From assembly GCA_964187785.1 (NCBI GenBank), contig OZ076409.1:62126001-62190000 (forward strand): a stretch of 64,000 nt of DNA. Reading direction: 5' to 3'. This document shows positions 25,667 to 39,551 of this stretch, piece after piece. This stretch comes from Amphiscolops sp. MND2022. Lineage: Eukaryota. Position 1 is the stretch's first letter. The number at the start of each line of letters is the position of its first letter. The notes beneath the pieces were generated by a model. The model saw only the letters and a list, made by a program, of their open reading frames with translations, was not told where the DNA came from and ran no database searches. The position numbers were made by a program, and so were the translations under genes.

Positions 25667-26920
25667 TGAGCGGGGGAATCCCCAAAAATTGTTCTGAGGG
25701 ATGGGTAGGGCCCCTATCCCGAGATCGAGGGCGGAGCTAAATAACAACCATATCCAAAACACGCACTTTTGAGGACGATCTCGAAAACTGTCCTTAAGAG
25801 TGTGCTGAAACTTTGCACACATGCAAAACTGAATATTCTAGGAACTTGTGCCCGCTGACGTTTTTTCGAAAAAAATCTCTAGTCATGCCGAAAAACCTTA
25901 TTTTTTCAACAAAAAACTACTTTTTCCAGTTTTTTCTCAATCATGACGTCATAACTTGTCTCAGACGGCTCGGAGCGATTCGGGCGTGGTCCACAATATT
26001 ATTCAACGGTTCGTGAGGAGTGTGTAGGGCAAGTTTGATGCCAATCGGATAGAAACGCAGTGAGTAATAGACAAATTTCCAAGAAGTTTTTCCGAAAAAA
26101 AGTTTTTTCTCTACCATTTTTGCCCATATTTTCAAAGATACAGTCACCTTGGGTAGTTTCTGCCCAACTTACTAGTCAACAAAACCATTTGGCCAATTTG
26201 CGGCAGTTTCAGCGTTCCAGCATTGCCCGGTGAAAAAATATGTGACTTCGAACATTCAAAAAATTATTTTTCGACTTCAATTTTTTTGTTCAACTTCAGG
26301 CCGCCCAAAGGTTAAAAACTTCCACACAACTTAGATTGCAAGTAGATGCATGCGGAAAGTACTCGGGTAGACGAGAAAAGTGGGCTTCAGAACAACTCTC
26401 TATCTTAACCTGACGTTGCCTTATGATGTTTTGAGTGTGCGATTGAGAAGTGTTGAAATTGTCAAAAAATGAAAATGGAAGACAAGTCTCATTGAAAACT
26501 TATCGATAGATGTTCAAGCAACCGCAGAGCTGTTCAATTGACGTAGTTTAGTGCACCAAGACTCATCAATTTTTTCGACTTATTTTAAAAAGTGTTGAAA
26601 TCTGTATTAAGTATCAGTTAACGAGAAATACACAAGTACATTGTGGGGGGAGATGAGAATGTACACTTCAAAAGCCAAAAGATGCTACCTTCTCAATTTC
26701 TTCAACCTTGTTAACTGTCATTCAGAAGACACAAAACCGTTTCCAGTAACTCCATGACTTTTAGCAGTAGGTTCTGTAAAAAAATTGCAGTGCTGATACT
26801 AAGTGATCCAAAGTTGAATACATATAGTAAACCATGGAAATACTTTAAGATCATCTGTCATCGTCATCAACTTTCCACAACCATCCACTAACCTATCCTG
26901 TGAGGACGTGGCATCCGTCT
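25667..26920. mobile_element. Unclassified ~1.25-kb non-coding insertion in the satellite
   Basis: Monomer breaks at ATGGCTGGG (25666) and resumes at TGGATGCGAGAAAC (26921); no clear TIR/TSD or ORF. Confidence 0.6.
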
Positions 26921-27666
26921 TGGATGCGAGAAACGTAGCCAAAGTTAACCCAAAAATGGCCAAAAAACAGTCATTTTTCGACGTTTTTAGTTTTCCTAAA
27001 AACTGTCCACACGATTCGAACGAAACTTTCTACAGTCATTTTACACCATAATAGAGTCTTATATGCGCAATTACATTAAAATCGTATTGCTGGGATGTGA
27101 GAAACATAGCTGAAATTGACCCAAAAAAGGTTAAAAACAGCCATTTTTGGACATTTTTCGATTTTCTCAAAACTGTCCATACGATTCCTACGGACTTTTC
27201 TACAGTCATTCTACACCAAATAAGAGTCCTTTAATTGCAAAAGCATCGGAATTGTGTGGCTGGGATGCGAGGAACATAGCCAAAGTTAACCCAAAAATGG
27301 AAAAAAACATTCATTTTTCGACTTTTTTCGATTTTCTCAAAACTGTCCATACGATACGTACGAACTTTTCCACAGTCATTCTACACCATATAAGAGTCCT
27401 TTAATTGCAAGGGCATCGGAATCGTGTGGCTGGGATGCGAGGAACATAGCCATAATTAACCCAAAAAAAGTCAAAAAACAGCCATTTTTCGATTTTTTTC
27501 GATTTTCTCAAAAACTGTCCACACGATTCGAACGAAATTTTCTACTGTTTTTCTAACCCTTATTAGAGTCCTATTTTTGCAATGGCATCAAAAATGTATG
27601 ATTGGTATATAAGAAATATAGTCAAAATTAGCCCAAAAATAGTCAAAAGTATGCCATTTTTTGGAC
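26921..27666. repeat. 171-bp satellite, terminal ~4 monomers
   Basis: Same monomer as 1-10295. Confidence 0.95.
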
Positions 27667-28220
27667 ATCAGAGGGAAAAAGGCCTAAGCCGACTCTTTAA
27701 CAGCATATGCAGCTCTGGTTGTTTAAAGATCGGCGTTTTTTCTATGCAACTTTTTTTTCTAATTTAGATTTTATCGAAGTCCCCTCACGTTTTCCTTGAA
27801 ACGAAACGTTTTGCGAGCATGAAGCACTCTTCAGGATTTTCGGCACTGTGCGATTTACCTGAGATCTTCGTCAAAAAAATTTCAAAAAAATTCAATAATT
27901 TTTTCCTCACCTGTAAAGGTTTCCGGTTAAGAAAGATGGGTTTTTTGCTGCTTCCAGTTGGGGAAAATGGTGTTCGAGTCCTATGCGTTCCCTTCGGGTT
28001 TTTTGAGCGCTGATTGATAAAATTTTCTCGATGTCCTTTCACCCTTGGTTCTCCGTGTGATCTTGCTTATTTGGCTTTCTCTTCAAAAGTTTGAATTTTC
28101 TTCGTTGTGTTTGCGAAGTACCGTTTCTGTGTAAGAAACTTAGTTGCCTCGAAATTTTTCTGTCCGATAGTAACTCAGGTGCATGTTGGGCTCGAAAATG
28201 GCTCAGACTTCTCGGTTTAG

Positions 28221-30892
28221 GTATTCGACGCTGCTCTGAATGACAAAAAGGATGTTCTGACGGGGATCTTGCAAGTTCTGGAAGTAGAGTTATTAGATGC
28301 AGAGAAGAACCAGATGGGAAAGACTCTGTTGGAGACAATAATGAGAAAGTGGTTGCCAGTCGGAGACACTGTGCTGCAGTTGATCACCTTCCACTTACCG
28401 TCTCCCGCTCAGGCTCAGAAGTACAGAATGGAAATGCTGTACGAAGGACCCCACGACGACCCTTGTGCCACGGCTATTAAGAACTGTGACCCAGAGGGCG
28501 AACTCATGATGTACATCTCCAAAATGGTGCCGAGCAACGACAGAGGTCGATTCTACGCTTTCGGTCGAGTCTTCTCAGGAAAAGTGTCTACCGGACTCAA
28601 GGCCAGAATAATGGGACCCAACTTCGTGCACGGCGGCAAGACAGATCTGTACTGCACATCCATCCAAAGGTAACCCATCTTCAGTTCAATACGCGAACTG
28701 TTAAAAGAATTGTCATTGATATACCTTTAGTGTTGTGTTTGACATCATCTATCCACTTCTGACGTCATGTTCCGTATAAATGTGGTGTTTCTCGGCATTT
28801 CGAACTCTTCACTCATCTATCAGGCGAGCGACGGTTTTCCCGTCTCCCTAACCTGCTTCAGGGCGAAACTTTAACCCAATTTTGAATGAAAGACCCCATT
28901 TTTACTGATGCTTTTCTTGCTTATGAAAATAACTCATGAATCTATCCTTTTAACTATATTTCAACACCAAGTTGAAAATCGCGGAGCTGGAATAAAAAGA
29001 TTGCCCAAAATTGTCATATTAAGTACATGAGCCGAGATGCGCTCTTAAACTACACTCGTCAAAATAAATGATTGTTTCAGATGCATTTCATATTTGTTCT
29101 GAATTCAGTTTGCAATTACAACCCTACTTTGGCTAATTTTTGATTTTTTTTCTCATTGAACTACATTTTTCACTGGGTTAAATCACTGTGAATTTGATCT
29201 ACAAATAACTGATTTGACTGAATAAATTGTTTACAGGACAATGCTGATGATGGGTTGTTATATGGAACCCATCGATGATGTTCCTTGTGGAAACATCTGT
29301 AGTTTGGTTGGAGTTGATCAGTACTTGGTGAAATCTGGTACGATCTCCACGTACGAGAAGGCTCATAACTTGAAAGTGATGAAGTTCAGTGTCAGTCCCG
29401 TCGTCCGAGTTGCCGTTGAATGTAAAAACCCGCAGGATCTACCCAAGCTTGTCGAAGGTACCACTTTGCTTTTTTGGCTACTTCAGCCTTATTATTGCGA
29501 ATGTGTCCATTGTAAGGTCTCATTTTGGAACTCACTTGCATTCGCCTATTTCGAGTTGCCTCACTTTGACCCTTCTTTTTTCAAGTACAAAATCACTGCA
29601 AATTTTATGATAAATTTTTCAATACGTCCTGATAAAAAGTAGAATTTACCTGATGCTTCCGTGTTGTCAGGCTTGAAGCGATTGGCCAAATCAGATCCTA
29701 TGGTGCTGTGTGAGACCACCGAGGGTGGAGACCACATTGTGTCAGGTGCCGGTGAATTGCACTTGGAGATCTGTTTGAAAGATTTGGAGGAGGACCACGC
29801 TTGCGTTCCCATCATCAAGAACGACCCCGTCGTGTCCTTCAGAGAAACTGTCATCTCAACAGGAAGAACCGCTGCTCTCAGCAAGTCTCCCAATAAGCAC
29901 AACCGATTGTTCGTTACCGCAGATCCTTTCCTGGAAGGACTCGCTGAAAAGATTGACCTTGGTGACGTTAAGGCCAGTGACGAAGCCAAGGCCAGAGCTC
30001 AATTTATATACGAGACTTTCGTGAAAGGAGACGATAATGAAGCTGAATTGGTAGGAGCACAATGGGGACCCGACGATCTTCAAAAGATCTGGGCTTTTGG
30101 ACCTGACACATCGGGACCCAACTTCCTAATCGATGGTACCAAGGGTGTACAATACTTGAACGAAATCAAAGACAGTTTCGTGTACGGTTTTCAATGGGCC
30201 ACCAAAGAGGTGAGAATTATTTGCTTGCATAGTGTTTCAAAAGTATGCCTAACGAAATTATAACGTAATGAACTTTAAACAGGGTGTTGTTGCTAATGAA
30301 AACTGTCGAGGAATTCGATGGAGAATCAAGGACGTCACGTTGCATACTGATGCAATTCACAGAGGTGGTGGACAGATCATTCCCACTGCTTTAAGGGTGT
30401 TGTACGCTTCACACTTGCAAGCCGATCCCAGAATGGTTGAGCCCATCTACCTTTGTGAAATCCAGTGTCCTAATGATATGTATAGCAGTGTCAACGGAGT
30501 ATTGAATAGAAGACGAGGGGCCATATTCGACCAGAGCAATTTGGCCACTTCTCAACTCAACTTGAAGTGTTATCTACCCGTTCTGGAATCATTTGGTTAG
30601 CTCGAATAAATGGTCACATTTAAATATCGTAAAGTGCTAGCCCTCATACAATTTTTTGTTTTGCTTTTCTCGGCGTACTTAATTTGCGAGTTTTGCAGGT
30701 TTCACGGCTGAGCTCAGATCAAATACTGGTGGTAAGGCTTTCCCTCAGTGTGTATTCGATCACTGGGACATTCTCAATGATGATCCTATGGAAATGAACT
30801 CGAAGACGAATGTGATCATCCTCGGCATCCGAAAAAGAAAGGGAATCAAGGAAGAAATCCCCAAACTGGACGACTACCTTGACAAGCTGTAA
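28221..30892 (+). CDS. EEF2: Eukaryotic translation elongation factor 2, 3' portion; exons 28221-28669, 29237-29457, 29671-30209, 30283-30595, 30699-30892
   Basis: Motifs [68 protein letters not shown], diphthamide loop [33 protein letters not shown] introns join in frame. The N-terminal ~295 aa are absent from the window. Confidence 0.97.
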
Positions 30893-33299
30893 ATTCCCTC
30901 GACGCCTTTGAAAAAATTGGGTGACGGTGGAGCGCATGTTTTGCTTTCTTGCTCACATAGGTGGCATAGTTGGCAGACATGATTCACTGCCATTGATACA
31001 TTACATAACATTGTGCTGACGTCTTTATGTCGTCGGTTGTACAAAGTGTACAAATGTAATTTGAGTAAGATCACATGAGTAAGATTTTCAATTTAAAGAA
31101 TTGCATACCTATCTTTTTCGCTGGAGTTGTGAAAAAGCTTTATCTCAGGCACTTCCCACTTTTTCGAACGCCGAAGTCGATTGTTGAAAGCTTGCGTGGG
31201 GGACAGTCTTTTACAGATTTTTTGATCTGTATAAATCCACAGGCAGGTTGAATCCGTATATGAGCTGATTTAACCTCCCACATTTATTTCTACAAGTCGG
31301 GACAAACGGGAAGCTATGATCACAGTAGTTTTTTACCTGTTTTCAGATTCCTTTTCTACTAAATCTCGCCACTGAAATCAAGTTTTTGGGTTAGCTTTTC
31401 ACCGTTCAACGTTATTGTCTTCTCGATACAGGAAATTTAACGTGACAGGCTTCTCTTGAAATTTCTACCCACTGCTGTACTACCTGAGCTACCTCAAAAA
31501 GGGTTTTCAGCAAGAATCTTACTAAAAGTACCCACGTACGTCTCCTTCCTCGGATTCAAAAGCGCCCGTAACAGGGAAGCCGAACCGCGGTGCCAGTTCA
31601 TAATTTCCAAGCTCTCAATTGAATTTTTTGACTATATACATTTAAAAAAGTAAATCATGTACTATCACAAAATTGCTCGAGGGGACCCTGTATTTTTTCG
31701 CGTTGCCCTTAGTGTCTCAGGAGAAAATGCAACGTTTTACAAGGTTCATGAATTGTTTTACTCATTCTACGATTCACCACAGAAAAGCTAGCTTTACATA
31801 TATACCCTTATACGTCAAAATTGCAACAGAAAAAGCACTATTTTCGGATAAAGCAGAACACTACGGTAGAACTAAAGCCAGGACTAGACCTACTGTTAAA
31901 CTCATGCATGCTAAATTTTAGGGTGATATGATGATCCTACAGTGAGTCCGCTCGCTTCATAGCACATTTAGATTTTTAGATCTTCATGAGTTGACATTCA
32001 AACAAGCCCGCATTGATTTCGCAGAACAAAAAGTTCAGTTGCCCATAACCTAAAAACAAGAGGACCTTTTGGTCTCATGCAGTTCCGTAGCTCATATATA
32101 ATGAAATTTCAAAAGGACGGGTCTCCAACTGTTTTGAGTATATACTAGGCTAAATAAAAAGATTGTCAAAATTTTGACGATCCAGTGTAATGAATTTTTC
32201 CATCTGAGAAAGTCGTAAGCGTTAAAAAAGGTACAACTCCGTCGAGCGGGTACAACCACAGTGGTATTCGAACCCTGGAAAAATCAAATCGATTAAGCAT
32301 TCAAACAGTCGTCGCACCCTATTATCTCGAGCTTCTCAAAACCTATAACTAAACAGGTGGAGAAGCTCTAGTGACTAAATCTAGTTTTTGACCTCGACGC
32401 AATTCTGGTGTCCGAAAACACATGGTGCAATTGTCACACCCGTTTCTAATCCTTATTTACCTAATACAGAACGAAAATATTACAACCCTTAAACGCACAA
32501 AGTGAAGACTTCCATTTTGATTAAATTGGATTATTCAGTAGACATAAGTGGGCTCTTTCTAGTAGCAGTAAGTGCGCCTTACTATTACAGTAGCAAAATT
32601 TTTGTCAGATGGCAATCTCACATTGAATGGTCCACTTTTAAAATATCCGCCAAACTCCTGTGGTCGCCGTGGCCCTCCCAGCGCACTATTTCCGAGTTTT
32701 TGACGTTATATCCAAACTATATTGCGTTTTACTAAGGACGAGGCGGATGTTCGGAAAAAGCGATACCATTTGTCGCAGCACGCTTCATACGAACTTTGAC
32801 GTTATGTTCGAATTATAATGCATTTTACCAAGAAGACGGGGTTCAAAAATAAAAACGCATTAAGCGTATTCTTGAAACTTTGCGCTTTTTGAGTCTTGTT
32901 TTCTACTAACCATTGATCGAAAGTTTCGAATTTGGTTCCGGAAAAGTTCGAAGCGCCAAAAAACTTACATATAATCAATCCGCAAAAAAATTATAAGTGC
33001 AAAACGCCTTCGAGTTTCAAACAAAAGTACAACTGTATGTTTTGTTTTGGACTCTGTTATAACTCATGGAAAAGAAAGAAGAAGATGTGTAATACGTTAC
33101 TTTTGCCCTTTTCTGTATCTTAGCGTAAATTGATCCTTCACATTAAAGTAACTTTTGTACAGCTTTGTCCGGCATTTAAGTGTCGAGATAATAACTAGAT
33201 TGACAGATGCCACGTTCCCCTTTTTGCATTGATGAAGAATAATTTTAACATCAATATTTTCCGCCCATATTCCCTATAGGAAAGAAAAATATTTGAATC

Positions 33300-35100
33300 A
33301 AACGGTTCACAAAATTTGCCAAGCACCAAATTTATATTTAACTTTAAGGGTGTTACCCATAGAATCCAACTCACAAAAATTTAGCTTTGTGCTATGTGTA
33401 CTTGTGGATATTTCTGAACTTTCTTTGCTGACTCCAAGGAATACATAATGACCCAAAAATGACCCCGAAATTGAGAAAATTTGCACATTTTCCCAATTGT
33501 TTTTTACGTTTTAATGCAAATTTTGTCACTTTTCGATAGAAATTGTAAGTTAGAATGTTGGAAACGTTCAGCAAGGCACAAATGTGTGGTCTAATAGTCT
33601 TCGATGAAGAGATCAATGCAGTTTGTTGAAAAAAAATGACCTCAAAAAGGACAAATTTTCCGAAATTTCCCGATATTCAACGTTTGTTTGCAGTTTTTGT
33701 CAGTTTTTCGATAGACTTCGTGGATTAAAATGTTGAAAACGTTCCTCAACGTAGGAATTTATTCTCCAGTAGTCTCTAATGAAGTGATAATTTAAGTTTT
33801 TTGAAAGAAAATTGCCTCAAATTGGCACGAAAATTGACAAACGCAAAGTTTCCCAATTTTTCAAGTTTTTTTGCAATTTCTGTCAAAATTTTGACAGACT
33901 CCATGGATTGGAATGTTGAAAACATTCCTCAAGGTAAATATTCGTCTGTTCTCCAGTAGTCTTTAATGAAGAGATAATATCAGTTTTTTGAATGGAAAAT
34001 GTCAAATGGACACCGAAAATTGCAAAAATCCCAGAGGATTTTTTATTCATTTGTTTCCAAATTTTTGACTGATTCCGGAGATTAAAATATTAGAAAGCGT
34101 CAACAAGGTGAGACTAAGTTGTCCTGTATGCTTGGTGGAGAGATAAAAGCAGTTTTTTAAAGGAAAAATGTCTGGAACTGACAACCAAAAGTACAAAAAT
34201 TCTAGTACTTTCGATTTTCACCATTTCCGTTCAATTTTTGTATCGAAAAAACGTCGTGGACTAGACTTTTAAAACCTTTTAAAATTGGGAAACTTGTTGT
34301 TCGGTGAGCTTTCGTCAAGAGACAAGCTCTATTTCTAAGAGAAAAAAAGCTTCAAATTGACCCTGAAATTGTCGAGAAATTTGAAGTTTTTGTGGTTTTT
34401 GATGCAATTTCTGTACAATTTCGAAAAGATTTCCTTATCAATTTCAACACAATCAGCAACGAAACAGCGATCTTTGCATTACCTTTTTGAAAAAAACGTT
34501 GCAACGTTTTGCTTCAAAACACTTCAGAAAGCATCCAAAGAAATCAGGAAATTCCAACATCTTCGTTTTTGTGCAACATATGTCTACTTTTCGAATCGTT
34601 TCGGTGTCAAAGCGACCGCAAACGTTCAACAAAGATCGAACTGACCATCCAGTTGACCTTTGAAAAAATGCCTTGCAGGCTTTGGTTTTTGCCAACTTTT
34701 GCTGATTTCTGACATTTTCAGTGAATTTTAATATGGATTGCGTTAAGAAGAAATTATGAGACAGGAACTTTTTTTAATTCTAAAAAAGCTTCAAACAGCC
34801 TCAGATTATAAAACTACGTCCACAGCAGCTTTTTATAGAAAAATTGGCTTTTTTATACAAAAAATTTCCTCAGGATGACACAAATAAGGCATGATCTGAG
34901 AATTTTCAAGTTTTTTTTCATATTTTCAGCAGTATTTTGTACAATTTCGAGCTACTTCTTCGCAAAAAATGATTGTAAGAGATCAACAAAGACTAATCTT
35001 GGTATCAAGTAGACGATTTTGAAAAAACAACTTCAAATTTTTGTTGGAATTAGCCTCAAAGCACCCCAAAACCAATGAAACAACAAAAAAGCATGTTTCT
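33300..35100. repeat. Degenerate ~180-bp tandem repeat with a unique head; same family as 63120-64000
   Basis: TTTTGTCA...CGATAGA...TTA(G/A)AATGTTG(G/A)AAACGTTC at ~33518, 33695, 33877, 34060; head CACAAAATTTGCCAAGCACCAAA matches 63126. Confidence 0.75.
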
Positions 35101-36499
35101 GACAAATTATTCCAATTTTTAATCAAACCATAAAATTTTAGGAGAAAAGAACTTCCATTGATTTCCAGAAATTCGGACCCTTTGCAGAACGTAATTCAAT
35201 CAGTTGACCCATAGGCTCATGCGTAAAACGTGTAGCTACCGGTAGTGTTTCGAAAGTATATCAGACAAGTTTAATTTCACAACTTTTGAAAACTCTACTT
35301 GAAAACGTAAATTTCGACTTTATTTGTCGAAAAAATAACATCCAATAAGCTCCGAGCAAAATCACTAGTTATGGAGTACATTTTCCAAAAGCAAAAGGTA
35401 CTTCGTGTGTTAGAATTGTGTAAACATTCAACAACAACTAACTTCGATGTCCAGGTGGCCTATTTTTGAAAACCCTTCAAATTGACAACTAAGTGGACAA
35501 AAATATATGCCACTTTTTAACACTTCTGGTGCAAACTATATGCAATAATATACACTTGGAAATGACTGTCACAGCACCAGCTGTGAGTGGTACAAACGAG
35601 AAACCCAGTCTATGTAGAACGAAATCGGAAATGGAAGGAAGAAAGACAACGATCAAAAACAACTCTCAAAAAAGTAAAGACTTGATTATGATTCATTGAT
35701 ACTTTAAAATAACGACGATAAAATAAAGTGATAATTGAATAGAAACTCAAAATATTTCTTTGCTATTATAAATTCATACATAAGTATGTAAGTATGGTAC
35801 TCTCACCAATACAAGAGTATCGTGCAGTTAATAGTATTTATCACAGTGCTATATAATCAACTTGAATTGAATAACACTGAAACGCGCAGCCTAACCAGCG
35901 GTCTTAGAAATTGAATGGCACTACCGGAGCCTGACAGGCGGCCTTAAATATGTGAATTAAGACGTCGGCCTGGCAAGCGGCTTCAACTCGAAATGTAATA
36001 TTTACCCTAAATCAGTCCCAAATGCGCTGTTGTGGGCTAAATGTAAATTCATTTAATGCACTGGATGACTTTTGAAACGATGCGATACATATAACTAATG
36101 CTGATGATTCAAATATTATGTAAAAACACATGAACATGAATTACGGCCCGGGACGTGCCCCAGGCCAAAGGAAAATTAAATTTCAATGAAGAAATGGAAT
36201 GCGTTGATGATTTTGATAAATAAGCCTTTTAATGAAAACTAACAGCTAGTATCCTTGCCCATAAACGACAATTGTTGATTGCGTGCACTTTATAGTACCG
36301 TTTTGCATACATTGGAAATTTACCGTTGAACGTCGCAGACTGCGGCCTGGGATCAAGTTTTTCTTCATGTAATTTGACGCTTTTAGTGCCCTAAAAATCC
36401 AGTGTTTTGAGTTAAGTATGATCTTCGTGCAGTATCTTGATGGTTTTAAGTTGAATCGGTTGCTTTTCATCCTCTGTAAAATTTTGAATGTCATCATTT

Positions 36500-37260
36500 C
36501 CGACTTTCACCTTTCATTCTTTCAGACGTGATCAGTGATTCATCCTATACATTTGCCGCTGGGTTCAGCCTCGTTTTCTTGAAGAAGCGGTAACTGGACA
36601 CGAAGGAAAGAGGAGTCGCATCTCAGACAAGAAGTTGACGCTTGTTTTCCTTGGGAGCATGAACGAACTGAGTTTGAGTTCGACAAAGCTGAACTAAATT
36701 TCCTGTTTCCCTGCCTTGGATGGACGAGCGGCTGAACGAAACATGAAGGTTGTGTGTACTTTCCCCCGCTTTTGCGAGTGAAACTTTATAAATCGTTCAA
36801 TTTGAAATTGTTTATCTTTTTATTAATCAATAAACAATTTAGAAATCTACAATTTTCTACGTTTTCATCAAGAATACTAAACTGAAATCTCCGGTTTGCC
36901 TAAATTCTCGAATTCGAAATGTCTGAGAGATCGTCTGAAAAGAAAACTAAAAGAGATTCACCGACCAGCTCGGTAGGGGAATCTTAAGCGACACGTTTGA
37001 GAACCGGAAATATCCAAAGTAATTCGGACAAAGATTTTTCTGAGTTCTCTGAGGAAGTCGAGACATCTGTTAGTAGGAGAATCAGGGAAACTGAAACAAG
37101 GAAAAGAGAGATTTTGAAGAAGATAAAAAATCTGTCTTCAGAAAGAGATTCTTTGTCCGAGAAGAACCTTGAAAACGCAAATCTGGTGATAACTGAGGCT
37201 CACACTGAAAACCTAGCTTCGACATGTGGAAACTTTGGATCGAACGTAATGACTCAGTGC
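36500..37260 (+). mobile_element. Probable LTR-retroelement remnant with short coiled-coil ORF
   Basis: Broken ORF MSERSSEKKTKR...SEEVETSVSRRIRETETRKREILKKI, similar in style to the ORF at 60796-57011; no pol motifs; ends undefined. Confidence 0.3.
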
Positions 37261-38269
37261 CAGAGACATTACAATGATCTAGTTCCAAGCCTTAACCATT
37301 TTGTCAGTGCCAAAAAGTACACCAAGAAGTACACCTGAGATTTAGAAGCCACTTTTTTCCCAACGGCAATCACCAAAAATCCATTTTGTTGATTTTTTTG
37401 AAAAAATTCTCATGATGGCGAAACAGGTTTGGGGCGGAAAAAATCTCGCCGCTCAGCGGGCGTCTTGTATAAACTTCTGTTCAAAATTGTAGAATCGCTG
37501 AAATGTAAGCAATGTTATGTCAATAATTAGTTGATGATTTTTTTTGCTTCTGGATGGTTTTCTCGTGTCCATTACGAGACACATGCCGGTAACGAACTAG
37601 CAGGATACTGCTAGTCCAATTTTTGACCAATCAGAGCGCGAATTTTTTTCGAAAGTTTCACACTTGTCACACATTACACGCATTGATAGGACGTTACACC
37701 AGTTAACACAGCTTCGTAAATTGACCAGTTTACACCATCGGATATAACAGTAATTGACTAGTTTACAGCAAACATCTTTTCACACATTTTGACTACCTAC
37801 ACTGTACCTCTCATAATTACACAGAGTTCTGGGGTTTACGGGGTGTTCTGGTGAGTTACACAGGCTGACTCATAACTACACTGCTTGATTCCCGTACTCA
37901 GTATCAATCAGTCAATCCTATTACATAAGTAGTACTATCATTAGAAGTACTAGTGAATAGACACTGGCAGTGCTAATGGAAGTGCTCACGACAAGGACCA
38001 AAAATACCAAGTTCAATAAATTGTTGACCGATAAATCGCCCATTCAGATTGTACGTACATACGTATTTTTCACTGTCAATGTGAGAGTTTGTAATCAGTT
38101 CATTGTTCCATGAACATTTTTTGAAATGACTTTGTTATCATGGAAAACACATTTTTTTCAGGTCGATAAAATTTTAGGTTTGCTAGATTGTTTTGTTGAA
38201 GATGCTTATCTTGGAATAGTGACCTATTTCGTTTGTTTGGGAGGACCTAAACGGGGGGTTGTTGTCGGA

Positions 38270-39270
38270 TAAGGAACAGTGTTTATTTACGGGGGATAAT
38301 GCACATGGTCCAAACTTCGTTTTCAGTTCAATGATTCATGATTGGTGTTTCATAAGCTATTGTTTTCGGTTTGATAAAGTTTCCATTTCGTATAGACTAC
38401 TTGTAACAACTTTTGCTGATGCTGCTCATGACTGGGATCGAAACTCTGTAAACACCCTCGATCAAAAAACCCTGACCAATTTATGATAGTTTGGCAACTA
38501 TTGATGTGACCTGCTTTGAAAACGAATTTATGAGCAGTACTGATGGTTACTTGGCCAAGTACAAAAGTTCTAATTTGACTGGGTGGTATTTACACAAAAA
38601 AGATGCAGTGGAGCAGTGATCCCCCATGTGGGATATTCCTCAGACGACAACTTTTGCCCAATCATTATTATGGAGGAAACCTTCATAAGAGGAGTGTGTA
38701 TCGATTCACCTAGCAGTAAACATGTATTGGCGCGGATCGATCCTGTGGTATTAACAGTCACATCTAGATTTTCATGCCCACGGACATATCGACTGCGCCA
38801 CCATCCCCATTTTGTCGTTGTTTTGCACGCCTTGATAAACTTAGCAAACATACATATGTACGTTATTCAATTTTTAAAGGGTTAAATAAATGATTACCGT
38901 TGATTTTTTTTGCAAAGATTAAAACTTTTCATCCAAACAAACTGTTTTTTTTCTTGAAAATCATTTATTCATTTGACTAACACTTGCAAGTAGTTCTACA
39001 GTTTGAATAACTCTTGTATTCAAATATATTATTTTACTACGAAAAAAAACAGCAACATGATGTAATGCACCAGAAGAAACCCACATTGTTTGGTTTACTC
39101 TCACCAAGTCTCTTCCATCTAACACCCACGTCAGGCCATTTCGAGGGGGGAGGGTCACACAAGACAATTATATCGACATAATGAGGGTTGGAGGAACGAG
39201 TAACATTGAAGAAAAATTGTGGAATTGTGCTGCTTTCTACTTCAAAAAAGATGATAATCAAAATCATTCT
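38270..39270. repeat. Left subterminal block of element 2 (segments A-B-C), including minus-strand tRNA-like module 38600-38830
   Basis: A (38270-38530) matches 52985-53310. B (38600-39000) matches 52340-52750 and, inverted, 24121-24350. C (39160-39270) matches 52770-52900. Confidence 0.85.
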
Positions 39271-39551
39271 TTCATACCACTACCGCAGTACCGCGTTGGT
39301 TTACTAAACCAATTAAAAAGTGGAGACGGTCATTTGTTACAGGTACAGAAGCTCTAAATTAACTAGGTGGTTACTTGAGTGAAAGGATTAAAAGGACTTG
39401 CAAGCTGTCAAGTCATGAAACAAAGTCATCGTACATAAAAATAAAAGATCTCTAACAACGTGTTTTATTTGTCCCGGGCCGATTGTTTTGACCATTCGAT
39501 CTCGAAACAACCGTGTGACATGACTGACTTTTCAAAACAATCATTAAACGC

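Noticed and set aside
29561..30937. Minus-strand ORFs over eEF2 (and over BEL pol at 57426-59930)
   Set aside because: Antisense shadows of real coding frames.
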